From Lingula anatina (Eukaryota; Animalia; Brachiopoda): a stretch of 64,000 nucleotides of DNA. Numbering within the stretch: position 1 is the first letter of the stretch; each line of letters opens with the position of its first letter. Positions 26,101-38,830 of this stretch are shown here, piece by piece. The notes beneath the pieces were generated by a model. It had not been told where the DNA came from, did not search any database, and saw nothing but the letters and a program-made list of their open reading frames with translations. Both the position numbers and the translations under genes were made by a program. Location: assembly GCA_051362555.1 (NCBI GenBank), contig CM120647.1, positions 18,452,651 to 18,516,650 of the forward strand. The letters are read 5' to 3'.

Positions 26101-26197
26101 CCTTTTGTTACAGCATCGTGTGACTAAACTGGCCCCAAGACCTCAGACGGAGGAGGACTTAGCTATGCTGTTTGAGAAAGCCATGAAGCTGTATTAG
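19734..26197 (+). CDS. ADHFE1: Mitochondrial hydroxyacid-oxoacid transhydrogenase (iron-containing ADH family), ~474 aa, 13 exons
   Basis: Exons 19734-19795, 20081-20127, 20441-20496, 20890-20943, 21150-21304, 21837-22033, 22409-22486, 22822-22927, 23448-23699, 24057-24135, 24961-25057, 25399-25556, 26114-26197 (1425 nt, in frame). Motifs [61 protein letters not shown] and PHGLSV. Confidence 0.95.
23116..23169. repeat. (GT)n microsatellite
   Basis: Pure GT run. Confidence 0.95.
24255..24936. mobile_element. Three abutting Harbinger-like MITEs (~24255-24477, 24481-24731, 24735-24936)
   Basis: Junctions GGGAATGGGGCC-TTA-GAGACCATTC, GAACCCAGTC-TTA-GAGTGCATTCCC and GGGAATGGGGTC-TTA. Confidence 0.8.
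25634..25765 (+). mobile_element. Truncated terminal fragment of the same Helentron/HINE family as 1-2842
   Basis: Reverse complement of ~2710-2842, including the hairpin GTACCACCAGCG-ttag-CGCTGGCGGTAC. Confidence 0.8.
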
Positions 26198-26953
26198 CTC
26201 GGAGTGTTAGAAATTAAAAATTAATTTGGAAATTTCTGCTGGCTTAAATTGCTCAGTGTGTAGGGTAAAATTACTTAAAATTATTTTAAAAATAGCTGAG
26301 GAAAATTCAGTTTTGCAAATTTAAAGTTACTTTTCTTTAATATTGAATTAAAGAATGGAACAGTGTCTGACTCAATGAGAACATTATAAGGAATACAGCA
26401 GGTGTGTTTAAGTAGACACAATATATTGTGATATATTACCTCAAGAATGCAATATTATTTTCTTGGAGATTTTATAATTAACATAAATCAATGAATTTAA
26501 TGAAAAATAATTCATATATTTTTTAGAATGATTAAGCCATTATCTAATATTTGATGGGTCTCTTCCAAATCTATTTTTATGATTAAATAGAGAACATTAC
26601 ATGAATCAAGGTTAGTGTCATCTTTTTGGGAAAAGTTCAAAGCAAAACAACATTTCAGTAATCTAAACCGAATCACTTTTTGTGAACTCTCGCACAAAAT
26701 TGACTTTTTTTCTGCATATCTTTTATAACTTCCAAACAAGCTATATCTGACTTAGCCATACAACTTGTGTGTGTGTATAATCAATGTATTTTTTATATTT
26801 TTAAGCAATAAGTATTATATTGAAGAACATTTTAATGTACAGACACAGCAGGTGTCTGTACATGCTGCCCTCATCTGCATCTGTCTGTCTGTCTGTCTTG
26901 CTGGAGTCGTACATTTCCCTTTACTGCAATATCCTTGTTATACCATTCTCTAG

Positions 26954-27207
26954 GGCTGTGTTTATGTTAAAACTTATTGGTGCAGCAGGATCGATCTCAG
27001 TAGAGATTCTTGCTGAGGCGTAGTCATTGTAATCAGTTTAATTGTCTGGCATGCCCCTCGTAACTTAAAGTATTTTGTGTTGCATGATGTTGTTCATGTT
27101 GCTTTGCTGGGGGGGGGGTGCCAAATAATTTAGCTGATTCCATTAACTGCATCTTAGCAAAAAACAATTCTGAGGTAGATGGACTGATCTTCTAATCTGA
27201 ACGCAGC
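26954..27207. mobile_element. Degenerate MITE (GGCTG...CAGCC ends)
   Basis: GGCTGTGTTTA...TGAACGCAGCC. The internal sequence resembles 13130-13345. Confidence 0.5.
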
Positions 27208-27269
27208 CTAGAACTGTAACACCCAGAGTTTGTATATTGCTTTCCTATTTCATCATATTTGATGTATAA

Positions 27270-27520
27270 GAGACCATTCCCAGACCCTATTATACTAACT
27301 TTGGATCGAACTATCTCCAAGGGGATTCTCGCGTAATTGCAATAACTTAAGCGGCTTAGATGTCTGTTATGCCTACTGAAGCTGCTAGGGGATAAGTAAC
27401 TGTGGTTTAGCAGCTTCAGTAGGCGTGCCAGACATCTAAGCCACTTCAGCTGATAGCAATTTAGCGAGAAACCCAGTGGAGGTGGACCGATTAGATCGAT
27501 CTAGGGATGGGAACCCAGTG
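27270..27520 (-). mobile_element. MITE family B copy
   Basis: TAA flanks on both sides; reverse complement of 8034-8291. Confidence 0.8.
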
Positions 27521-27999
27521 TAAACTGATATGTTGTCTGTACATCTGTCAGCATTGGCTGGCTTGCTATAACATTGTTCAGAGCTACGGGATGTAGTAAT
27601 ATGCATTTTATACAACGTGATTAAAGGTGCTTTGAAATGATAATTTGATAATAAATATATATACTTATATCAGATTGTTGAGAAAATGCCAATGAGTATT
27701 TAATAAAATATTTATATACGGAAATGCCTTGTTTGCAGAAATGTTTTAAGTTATCATATTTTTTGTGATAGAATCATGGAACTCCGTCAGATTGCTTGAG
27801 ATACATAAAGGCCTATCATTTAGGACATGAAAAAGACACGTTTTTCCTTTACATAACGACGACTGAGCTTTCGAATTTTGGGGAAAAATGTTGACATGCA
27901 TTTCTAGGCGTCATACCAATTCATATTCATATCCGTACTAAGCATGATACATTAAAATTGAAACTAAAACTTAAAATTCAGAAATATCAATTCGAACAT

Positions 28000-30683
28000 C
28001 TAGGCATATCTTATAAGCCGCTTGAAATACTGTCGTCTCAGGAACCGAGGGGTTTGGTACCTTCTCGTACCTATCCCGAAGCATGGTTTAGACTTTGAAA
28101 CACGTGCTGCCGCTGCCAAATCGGCATCTTTACCAACTTTCACTATCGCTGGGAAAACCTCGGTTGCAAACAGATACTGGCGCTCCCTATCGAATGTTTC
28201 CACGGTGATGGGCGTGTCCAGATTGATGAATTGTCTGGAAGACGCTGTGTATTCTGGCCACTGGACGCTGACCGGGTCACCAACATTTGGGTCACTGAAA
28301 CAAGACGAGTGTTTAGAAAAGTTAAAGAAAATTGTCAAAATTGCCATGGAGATAGCCCACTACGGACGAGACGCCATTAAAACGATATACCAGTCTAATG
28401 ACGCCAAAATGAAATCATCAAATCGTAATGACATTATGCGCATGGCGGGAACATTTGACCTCAATTACGTAAATGATCCAAACATCTATTAAAATCGTTT
28501 GAACTGAATTAACATTCCAAAGGATCTCCCTTCCAACAAATTGTATAGCAATTGTCAATATTGTTTATATTTTGTATTTTGCTTGAGATGTGAAATATAT
28601 TAAAGAAGTTTAACGTTTGTCCTTACCCGTTCTTTGCAAAGTTAGCAATATATCTCCTGACAGCCCTAGAAAGCTCCAACTCCTGCGCCGTCAAATTATA
28701 CACATTTCGGTGTTCCTCAAACACTCCGTAATAAACAATAGCAGAATCAAAATGTTCGGCGCGTACAAAGGGCGCCTTAGGATAGTAAGAAGACGGGTAG
28801 CCAAGACGAACTGAAAGCATGTATTTGTACGTCGTGGCACCTCCCGCCTCGTTCAGTCTCGCCGACTCCTCTGCCGGCATGCCGAAGAGAAGGTCCGTGG
28901 TCAGCTGTGTCGCCCGGATAAGGAGCGCTGCTGGATCCATGGGGTCTGCCATTAGACCGTACTCGTGAAGCGACGCCCTGGCCACGGCATTCGGCGCGCT
29001 TTCCGTGCTAAAGCCAAACGCTAGCGTAGAATAGGCTTGAAGCAGGGACCGTTGTGTAGCGACTGTGGGGGGATTTCCCGCAAAGGGAAGGGAGTAGATG
29101 CTGCCATCATGGGAGGTGGAGCCCACCATGTATCGTAGCCCGGATGTCACGTTTTCTCTCAAGAGATCTCGTGGATGCTTTGGGAGGAATATCCCGTCTA
29201 TGACTGGTCGCCAATTTGTCGATTCCCGAATTCCTTGTTCCGGAATATTCACCAAATCGTTCACATCCTTACCGCGAAGGCAGCGAAGCCTTGCCCTCGT
29301 ATTCGCCATTCCACATCCCACTCTTTTTGCATACTCTGTGCTGATATTCATAGATTCTGCTAGACTCCAAGAGACCAACGATGACCCGCTTGCTGATATC
29401 CCTCCCTGCACCAAACCTCGATTCAGTGGAGAAACCAACTGGAAATCAACCGACGCTCCTCCTGCCGAGCCACCGATTAGAGTTATACGATTGGGGTCAC
29501 CGCCAAACGCCTCAGCATTCTCCCGCACCCATTTAATAGCCCAGTGCTGGTCGTGGAGACCGTAGTTGCCTCTGGCGTCGTTCGTACCCGTGCTGAAGAA
29601 GCCCAGAAACCCCAGCCTGTAGTTGGCGTTCACGAAGATGACCCCACCCTCCAGAGAGAGAAGATCCCCATTGTAAGCTGCGGCAGAGCCTGAGTAAAAT
29701 CCGCCGTCGTGGATATTTAAGAGGATAGCGAGAGAAGCATTAGTTGCACGCAGATAGTCCACGCCGCGTGGCACGTACACGTTTAGAAACAGACAATCCT
29801 CGTCTCGTGTTATGTCGGTGATCGTGCGCCCGAAGTTGACGTAGCGCGAAATCCCACCGTCAGTCTGCGGACAGTGCGGACCGAATTGTTTGGCCTCTCT
29901 AACAGCATCTCCCCATCCGGGATGTCTTTCGGGATTGGCGAACCTAAGTCTTCCCACGGGTGGCTTTACGTACGGTATCCCACGAAAGCGGTCCACTATG
30001 CCTGAGACTTGAAAGATAAGAAGCAAAGCTCAGACTTTTTTGTATGTTTATAATGACACTTTTTGCTCGCTTACATCAGTTTGTTTGTGTGTGTGAGTGT
30101 GAGTCAATATGCACTGTTTCTGTGTAATGTTTTTTTTTCTACTTATATGAAAAGCTTCTTAGACGCCTCTGTGATATTGTATTGTGTGTGTGTTGGTTGA
30201 GTAATTCTTAAAAATATGTAATAAAGACAAGTTTTACATTTAAAAATGATGAAAATTAATAAATAAATAAAATACTTAAAACTATTTCCAAGTTTACTTA
30301 TTTTAAAGATCACAAACTGTTCCGTTCTGTGCTAGCCCTTGTACACTACAATGGGTAGTCCGTCATAAATGCAGTCCAGCAAAAATATGCACATACAAAA
30401 TCTGTATATAGAGCTCAATATGTATACAGCACCCGCTCCGTGCACCTTTTCATAATTATCCCTCGGAGCTGTCTGATGCTGCAGGGATGAATGTGAGGAG
30501 AATAAATACTGTCCTACACCCATATGTACTGATTTATTGTCAATAATGTGCCAGAGAGTAAGAAAAAAGATCCGGTTTCGAAATAGACAGTCATGAATAG
30601 GCCTATATATACTTACTTAGTCGTATCGTTTGTGTCCCCATGTAGGAGAGATTAGAGTCTGGCGCACAGGTACAAATGCAGGT

Positions 30684-30729
<46 letters not shown>

Positions 30730-30730
30730 A

Positions 30731-30772
<42 letters not shown>

Positions 30773-31509
30773 CATCATATAAACGCAGAATTCACCTTGA
30801 TCCCTACAATCTTTATGTACTCCAGCTTCCATGCACATACACACACACGTTTGCGCACTCTCTTTATGGCTAACCTAACTCGCGTACACTCACAAACACG
30901 CTCTACATAATCTTTCCTGGTTGACCAGTATGTTCGGGCCACATGATTAAGAAGCGCTGTCATGGGAGCTTGCTCATTTGTATTTATACTTGGAAATAAG
31001 TCATTTGGCGCTTTTAGAAAGTTCAAAGTTGGGATCACTGTACCTGCTTTTTAAAAATCATTCAATACAAATAGGCTTCACAGTAGCATACCGGGTACTT
31101 CTCATTCTGACGTTGAACGCCCTTTATTTTACTCGACAGATACGGTATTCTATTCAAGAACCCAGCTGAGTATTGACAATTATTTATGCCAAAATTTTAG
31201 CTGGACCGCAGAGCAAAACTGTCGAGAACTATCTAGATACATAAATTCAAATATCTAGTGAAAATCAATCTGGGGCCCTGGTAGAATGTACAGAGAAGGT
31301 ACATAGCCTATTATGAAATATACACATTGTAACTTCTATAATGTTGATAAAGACGTTATAGACTTACCGGGACCAATTTTCACATTAACTCTTTCTCCTA
31401 CAATCTTCCCTAGGTTTGTTTTTACCACTGGCGTATCCAAACACAGAACGGCTTGTGTTGTCACCAACATATAGCAGCAGACGCTGAAAATAACAGGGTT
31501 GTTCCCCAT
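28000..31509 (-). CDS. Secreted type-B carboxylesterase/cholinesterase-family protein, copy 1 (~605 aa)
   Basis: Exons 31509-31368 (signal peptide MGNNPVIFSVCCYMLVTTQAVLC), 30007-28627 and 28294-28000 (1818 nt). Motifs FRGIPY, EDCLFLNVYVP, NYRLGFLGF, GNYGLHDQ, FGGDPNRIT, GGSAGG, TSHDG, AEHFD, NFAKNGDPN. Confidence 0.93.
30686..30768. repeat. Compound (CT)n(CA)n microsatellite
   Basis: CT run followed by CA run. Confidence 0.95.
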
Positions 31510-31831
31510 CTTCGGCCCGCAGCAAGGTCCTCTGAACCGTACTGACGGGGTGCGCAGTGCAGCGACGAAAAAATGCTGCAGTATGGTCTGTCACGCACGT
31601 CAAAGCCACGTATTATAGAGAGAAATAAATGTCAGTCCGTTATTTAAATTGTGCTTTCATAGGAGAAAGCTGTATAAAAGAAAATATGGGTACTTTGTCA
31701 CGTTAATATAATGTTACACTGAAGTCGTTTAATTCTAGCGGTCGGGTAATTGTCACCGCATGGGTAGTTTGATGGTATTTAGTGCCTATCAAATTTAAAT
31801 AATATGATGGTGTAGAAGGTGACATCGTTTC

Positions 31832-32006
31832 CAGGCCCGTAGCCAGCAATTTCAAGAGGGGGGTTCTTTTCCTGAAAAAGTGGACCTTTTACCATAAAAT
31901 CTTTGTGTACCTATATCAAATTTTACCCAGAGTGGACCTTTTCCAGCAAAAAGGGCGGTTCTTTCGAACCCCCCTAGCCCCCCCCTCCCCCCGGCTAAGG
32001 GGCCTG
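31832..32006. mobile_element. MITE with CAGGCCCGTAGCC termini and 5-bp TSD
   Basis: GTTTC-CAGGCCCGTAGCC...GGCTAAGGGGCCTG-GTTTC. An inverted sister copy lies at 52158-52343. Confidence 0.85.
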
Positions 32007-33413
32007 GTTTCGATCTGATACTTGAAGACACGTGTTGTTCTGCTTATTCCCCTATTCCATTACGAATTACAAGAACCACCAGGAATTGACAAATCACGGG
32101 CTTAGTTTAATCGTGACAATTTTTTTCAGCTTTAAACTGATTTTTGTTTATTCTCGGTCTGTACCTGCAATTCTTGAGAGATCGTGAAATCGGTACAAAC
32201 GTTCCGAACCGGGCTTCGATTTATCAACCAGTTGATGTTCATACTCCTGTTCTAGGGCCAGTACTATAGCTTCTTATATGTTGAAGATCCAATTTGGAAA
32301 TGAAGCTGAAGCAGGGACAAGATTTCTACCAGTAATCTGCACAATTCCACGATTCCTCACTAGTTCTAAATTTTATGAATTCCTCGCGGTTTGTGGAATT
32401 CGTAGTCGGTGTGGAGTAGGGGCATTAGTGAAGTTTTTTATGACATATTTAACACGTTTTCTCAGAATACGGTTTCAATATCAATATGCTCTAAATATTT
32501 ATATAATTTTAGTATTTCAGTGTAGTCATTTTCAAATTGATTTATCACCATGTGTTAATATGACTAATTGAAATATTTCTATTGTACATAAATATTCTGC
32601 TCCTATTTACAATTTACGGTTGCTGCTCTTTCTAATAAAATAGATACCCGACCCTTCGGATTTTTGTTTAGGAAAAAGTTTGAGTAAACTGAATAGCTAA
32701 CAAATACTTTCATTAAAATGATAACAGCATTTATTCATGGCAATTAAAACAGTTAGATTATACAAGGCAATAAAAGACTATAAAATGTAAAAATGTAAAA
32801 CAGCAAGAAATCTTTTATAAGTTACATGAAAAATATATATAAATTTGTTTAAATGCAAATTGTAAGAAAAAAGTACACTGATATCAAAAAAAAGCTTTGT
32901 GGCACTTTGCTTACTTCAATTATTCGAAACCGTCACAAAAGAAAAAAGGCCTCCAATTACGAAATCTTTGTATCAGTTTGATTGTAGATGGAAGACTTAG
33001 ATAACAATCTGCAGTACAATAATTAGGTTACAATATAAAACATGTACAAATATAAATCAAATCAAAGACAACAATAAATACGTGTAGATATCATCAACGT
33101 AAAATTCTGAAAAAAGACAAAACAGTTGGCTTGAATTCAATACGCTTCTTTCCATTGCCATCAGTAGTAATTCCTTCAATGTTTGCAGTCGTGTCGCATG
33201 CCAATAGATTGTTTATGTAGACCTTGTTCTAAGCAACCTGATTACGACTGAAAAAAATGAATGCACGGTTCTTGTTCGTATTAACCTGTTGAACCATTGG
33301 AAATACAGGCGCAATTGTGCTGTGGATGAGATACCATCCGGACATACTTCACTTTCATTTGAAAACAAATCGTTAGCGCCAGATATTAAAATAACATTTA
33401 GATAATTAAACAC

Positions 33414-36400
33414 TTAAATAAAACGGTGTTCACCGATAAGGGACCTTGGAGATCTTCCTTTTTTCGAGCCTTTTGTCCCGCGTTTCTTTCCTTTTAGAGC
33501 AAGTGCAAGAGCCTCGTCGACCTCTTTTCCCACTTTAACTATTGCTGGTAGCACCTCAGTGACAAACAGATACTGGCGCTCCCTATCGAATGTTTCCACG
33601 GTGGTGGGCGTGTCCAGGTTGATGAATTGTGTGGAAGACGCCGTGTATTCCGGCCATTTGACACTGACCGGGTCACCATCATTTGGGTCACTGAAAGAAT
33701 AAATTATAATATCAAAACATTAAGAACACGAAAAGCACTTAAGAGAGCGCAGACCTCCGCCAAGGAACCTGCAGTGATAAATTGTGGTAGTTGAGAGCAC
33801 ATCCATTGCAACATGTCAAGGTTATTGGCCCTATCTCGCAATGGTGGAGAATCCTGTAAAACTTCTTGGGTTCAGATTGTGAACCTGATCTTGAATCACC
33901 ACCAAAATCTCCTCATTTTTATATCAGTCAATTTGTGACTTACCCTGAAAATTTCATTAAAATTCATTGAGAAGTTATTGTGTTAGGCTGGTGACGTTCT
34001 TATACAGACAAAGACACAAACGGAGATGGAAACATGACCTTGGCGGAGATAATTAACAAAATACAAACGGCGTAGTGTCCTGGAGGATACTTTAGAAGTA
34101 GAATATTTAGATTAGCTACATCTCTGAAATTTAAAGGAAAAACAACTCTTCAAATGAGATTCAAAATTTCACAGTAAATACATTATAAACAACACATAGA
34201 AAATTATATATAGGCCTATGCCATTTCACCTCCAAAACAGCGGTTATTCCAAAACTTATGCCTTCCATCAGACCATGTGGACCTTTTAAGATGGCTTCCT
34301 TCCCTAGTAATATCTTGAGAAATTATTGAAAAAAACAAAAAAACAAAAACAATTGGCTAAATTGGGATGTCGGAATGGATTCATAATTAGCCATTGGTAA
34401 GTATGTGGACATCATATAGTTTACCCAAGGAAAATCTGTTTTATGGCAAAATGAAGAGTTGCTCTTCCTGATATGCAGACAGAATATGCCGATGTGTAAT
34501 GCCAATACCCTCTACCAGGGCCGCAGTTATTATTGTAAACCAAAATGACTGTCTTTTTATCTAAAGACATATCTGTGAATATATGTGGAGAATCAATTTG
34601 TCGCCCTGGTAGGGGGTATAATGCCAATACGTTTTCAAGTGGACTGTTATGTTTTAACATCATTATTCTGCCTTTTAATAAACAGTTGACTTTATATTGG
34701 AAACGCATTGGCCCTTACCCATTCTTAGCAAAGTTGGCAATGTAGCGCCTGATGCTTCTACTAAGTTCCCATTCCTCGGCAGTCAAATTGTATATCTCGG
34801 GGTGTTCCTCAAAAATTCCAAAGAACGGAATAGCTGTATCAAAATGTTCAGCGCGTATAAAAGGAGCTTTTGGAAAGTAAGAGGTCGGGTAGCCCAGTCG
34901 GACAGACAATGTGTATCTGTAAGTCGTAGCGCCCCCTACATCGTTCCGCCTCGCCGACTCTTCTGCGGGCATTTCGAAGAGAAAGTCGGTGTTCTGTTGC
35001 GTCGCCTGAGTCAGAAGATCCAGTGCTTTCATTGGGTCTTGAATTAGCCCGTATTCACTAAGTATCGACCTGGCAAAAGCGATTGCCGCGCTTTCCGTGG
35101 AAAATTCATATTCCTCAAAGGCAAAGTTTTTAGCTAAAAGCAGTTGCCTGGCAACTGTAGGGGGAGTCCCCGCCAAGGGTAGGGAGTAGATGCTGCCGTC
35201 ATGGGAAGTGGCGCCAACCATGTATCGGAGCCCGGATGTCACATTTTCTCTCAAGAGATCCCGTGGATCTTTTGGTAGGAAGTGTCCGTCTATCATTGGT
35301 CGCCAATCTATTCCAAGTTGAGCCAATTCGTGAGCGTCCTTACTTCGGAGGCAGCGAAGTCTTGTCTTAGGCTTTGACATTCCACATCCTGCACTTTTGG
35401 CTTGTTTCAGACTGAAGTTTAAAGATCTGGCCAGAGACCAGGGCGCAAAGACTGTTCCACTAGCTGATATTCCTCCCTGTATCAAACCTCGATTCAAGGG
35501 TGAAATCATCTGTAAATCCACCGATGCTGCTCCCGCAGAAATGCCACTTATGGTTATGCGACTGGGGTCTCCGCCAAACGCCTCAGCATTCTCCCGTACC
35601 CATTTAATAGCCCAGTGCTGGTCGTGGAGACCGTAGTTGCCTTTTGCCTCGTCAGTCCCCGTACTGAAAAAGCCCAGAAACCCCAGCCTGTAGTTAAAAC
35701 TGACCATAATAACGTCACCCTCGAGTGCGAGGATATCCCCATTGTACGTGGCAGAAGATCCCGCTGAAAATCTGCCTCCGTGGATGAATATGATGATGGC
35801 GAGAGACGCATTAGTCTTCCTTAAAACGTCCACACCGCGTGGCACGTACACGTTCAAAAACAGGCAATCTTCGTCACGCCTGATGTCGGTGATTGTCTTA
35901 CCTAGATGAACGTACGGTAGAAGCCTGCTGTCGGGCTGAGGGCAGTGCGGACCGAATTGTTTGGCCTCTCTCACTGTATCCCCCCAGCCGGAATGTGGCT
36001 CGGGATTGGCGAACCGAAGTCTTCCCACGGGCGGTTTTACGTACGGTATCCCACGAAAGCGGTCCACTATGCCTGAAACTGTGGTGGATAACCACTTTAG
36101 GAGCATGTAAATAAGCATTTTATATAGGTTGCAACTACCTCAATCCGACACATTTATTTAACAACAATTATAAATAAAGTTGGTTTGTTGTAGGAAACAG
36201 TCCCACCAATTTTTAGAAGGTTCGCAGTCAATAACGTAGTGCTCGCAACAATTATGTTTACCATACCAACATGAAATTGCAGTTAAAGTCGTAAATTAAA
36301 AAATATGCAGCTCCAAGTTAAACCCAGTTATTTCGTTTATAAGACCCGAACATACATACAAGGAGGTCGTTTGTACTACCCGTGTTACTAACTTAGACGC

Positions 36401-37441
36401 TGATTGTTTCTGGACTGGTGGAAAGGAAAAGGATGACGTACACCTTATGAAGACCAGCTATACCCCCCCACCCAAAAAAAAGTGTCCCCCCCCCTCCCCC
36501 CACACACACACCCATGCAGCCCACAATTCTAACGGTTAATACACCTGGGATTAATTAATACCTCGTACATTAAAACATTCCTCTTTTTTATCCGTCTCAG
36601 TAGTTCAATTCCCTCCTCCCCCCTCCCCCGAAAGAGTGAGTGAGCGATGTGCTGCTGGTGATACGCGTCATATTCAAGTTCAAGTGGGAAAAGAGGTCTG
36701 ATGGCGAACTGTTGTACAAGGTCATTGCCTACATTTAAAGAAATGTGCCTCAGAAAAGGGAAAGAGGAATTAATCGTCAAATCTGTTGAATTAAAATGCA
36801 GTAAAAGCCGTTTACATTTTTCATTGTGTTTGGCAAAAAAAAAAAAAAGAACATCAAGAAAGCCCCTATCCCCCCCCCCCCCCGAAAATATTTTAAAAAG
36901 AAAGAAAAGAAGAAATTCCTTGAAACTTGGAATTTCTTTTCCTGACCTTTTGACCTACTTTTCGTATACGTGCAAACCGCATTGCGCTTAGAGCTGATGG
37001 CGGTTAATTTTAAAGGCATGGCATACTCACGGGAAAGAAACGTGGGGGCGTTGGGTTCATGCAGCAAAGTTATGAAAGCTGTACATCTTAATTGACATTG
37101 ACAGTAGTTGAACATGCAAATAGCATGTTATTTTAACTTTTTGGACATTTATTCTTTACCTTTTTTTCTCCACTGCTCCGCTATAGTGTTTGAAAAGTTC
37201 ATTTCGCCGTCCACTACTGAATCTGGTCACTCTAAACCGCAATTTAAACGAAGCCCATTCAGCACCCTTATACCAGTACGCAGACATTCTAAAACTTACC
37301 ATTACCAGTATCTACATCAACTCTTTCTCCAACAATCTTTCCAAGAGTTGTTTCCACTGGTGGAGTATCCGTGCACGAAATTGCTTCTAACATAAGTAAA
37401 ACGTACCAACAAACGGTGAAAATTGTATCAAACCCTGCCAT
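33414..37441 (-). CDS. Secreted type-B carboxylesterase/cholinesterase-family protein, copy 2 (~592 aa)
   Basis: Exons 37441-37300 (signal peptide MAGFDTIFTVCWYVLLMLEAISC), 36078-34719 and 33690-33414 (1779 nt). Intron positions are the same as in copy 1. Motifs HGGRF, GISAGA, TSHDG, AEHFD. Confidence 0.93.
33724..34053. mobile_element. Short HINE/pearl-type non-autonomous Helentron
   Basis: AGCACTTAAGAGAGCGCAGACCTCCGCCAAGG ... ACAGACA-type tract ... CCTTGGCGGAGATAAT (subterminal inverted repeat CTCCGCCAAGG/CCTTGGCGGAG). Confidence 0.7.
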
Positions 37442-37685
37442 TTTAGGAACACACTGCTGCAGTCTCTCAAAGTCTACTGAAATCCGTGGGCCGAACAGCA
37501 CCTCCCGGGACAATTAGTTCAATCAAACATCCAGTCAGATGCGGGGAATGGTGTGATGCGCTGAGTGAACTTTACTCACCTTATTCCTCGACTGTCTATG
37601 TTATGCAACCGGTATATAGCAATCACGTGACCGGTTAGCGCCCAGTTTGTCTTCCAAAGACGACGTAATTTACACAAAGATATTG

Positions 37686-37720
37686 ACATAACATAACATA
37701 ACATAACATAACATAACATA
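37686..37720. repeat. (ACATA)n microsatellite
   Basis: Pentamer run. Confidence 0.9.
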
Positions 37721-38079
37721 ATTTTATTTCACGTCAGTTTTCCAACAAGCACAACACTAGCCATAGCAGGCTAATATCACCGACAGAATGAAATAAATTA
37801 ATGTGAAGTACTATAATAGTGATATAAAATTTAAATAAATAGAGGCTACCTGAGATTTAAAACCAGAATGCCTTTTAGGCTATACATTTGCACACAATTC
37901 ACATTTCCAGTTTGACAATTGAAAAATATCATGTATGATGAATGAAAAACTATTCTTACCAGATTTATGTAATTTACCATTATTCCTATCTAGTCCACAT
38001 GGTTACTTTACGTCAATGTTACTCAGATCTTTACTCACATCATTTATGTCAATGACAATATTCTCACCTGATGTCTCCA

Positions 38080-38830
38080 CTTAAGCCTTTAGATGGGTAA
38101 CTGCCTTATCATGTTCGTTGAATTAATCTACATTATCAAACCTTGCATAAAAGGTTGCTATACTTTTTAACGCAACCATCATAATAGATCAACTTCGTCA
38201 ATATAATGTATATAATGTACCAGTACATATCGTTTATGGATATCAGCTTTTCTTACATATAGACGTGAACATGTTAAAACCGCACATGAATTGTCTCCCA
38301 ATATAACCATAAATTCTGGCATCTCCTGCCCCCCCCCCCCCCCTCCCGGGTGGTGTATTATCTGCAGTTCTCTCCATTTTATATATATAAATTGTATGAC
38401 AATTAGCAATGAAAATTGTAAAAGTAGTAAATATACTGACGATACTGTTATCTTATACCTGACTGAAAATAACGATGAGTCAATATAGGCCTATAGAAAT
38501 ACCGTTCAATTTGTAAGCAGACGGTGTGATGAACATCACTTGCAATTTTAAAATGTTGGAAAAATTGAGGAAATGACTTCCGAGTTTAGAAGAAATCTAT
38601 CGCCAGGTGCTATTAACGGTCATAATGGTACACTAAATTAGTGCACAGTTAATGAGTTCAAATACTTAACATGTACATGTATTGTAAAATATACCTTGAA
38701 GTGGCAAAAGTATGTTACAAAACAAGCAGTGAAAGCAGATGCATAATATGTTCCGAATCAAGTTTATTTTTCTTTTGTTATAGAGAAAATTATAGAGTTT
38801 AAATGAATCATTAAAATAAAAATTGTAAAT
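38080..38830 (+). mobile_element. Fossil non-LTR retrotransposon RT fragment (Rex/Babar or CR1-group like)
   Basis: Degenerate translation ITINSG...SSLHFIYIN...KYTDDTVILYLTENNDE...NVGKIEEM..EFRR...VNEFKYL resembles the RT motifs STGxPQG, KFADDT, LNxxKTKE and FKYLG. It contains stops and frameshifts and is duplicated at 56450-57150. Confidence 0.65.

Noticed and set aside
28022-29565. Plus-strand ORFs of 155-156 aa
   Set aside because: They are antisense shadows of the carboxylesterase exons.
4068-37441. Operon-like metabolic cluster (polyamine transporter + GHB transhydrogenase + esterases)
   Set aside because: A putrescine-GABA-GHB link is conceivable, but adjacency alone in an animal genome is not evidence. 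No shared regulation or conserved synteny can be shown from this sequence.
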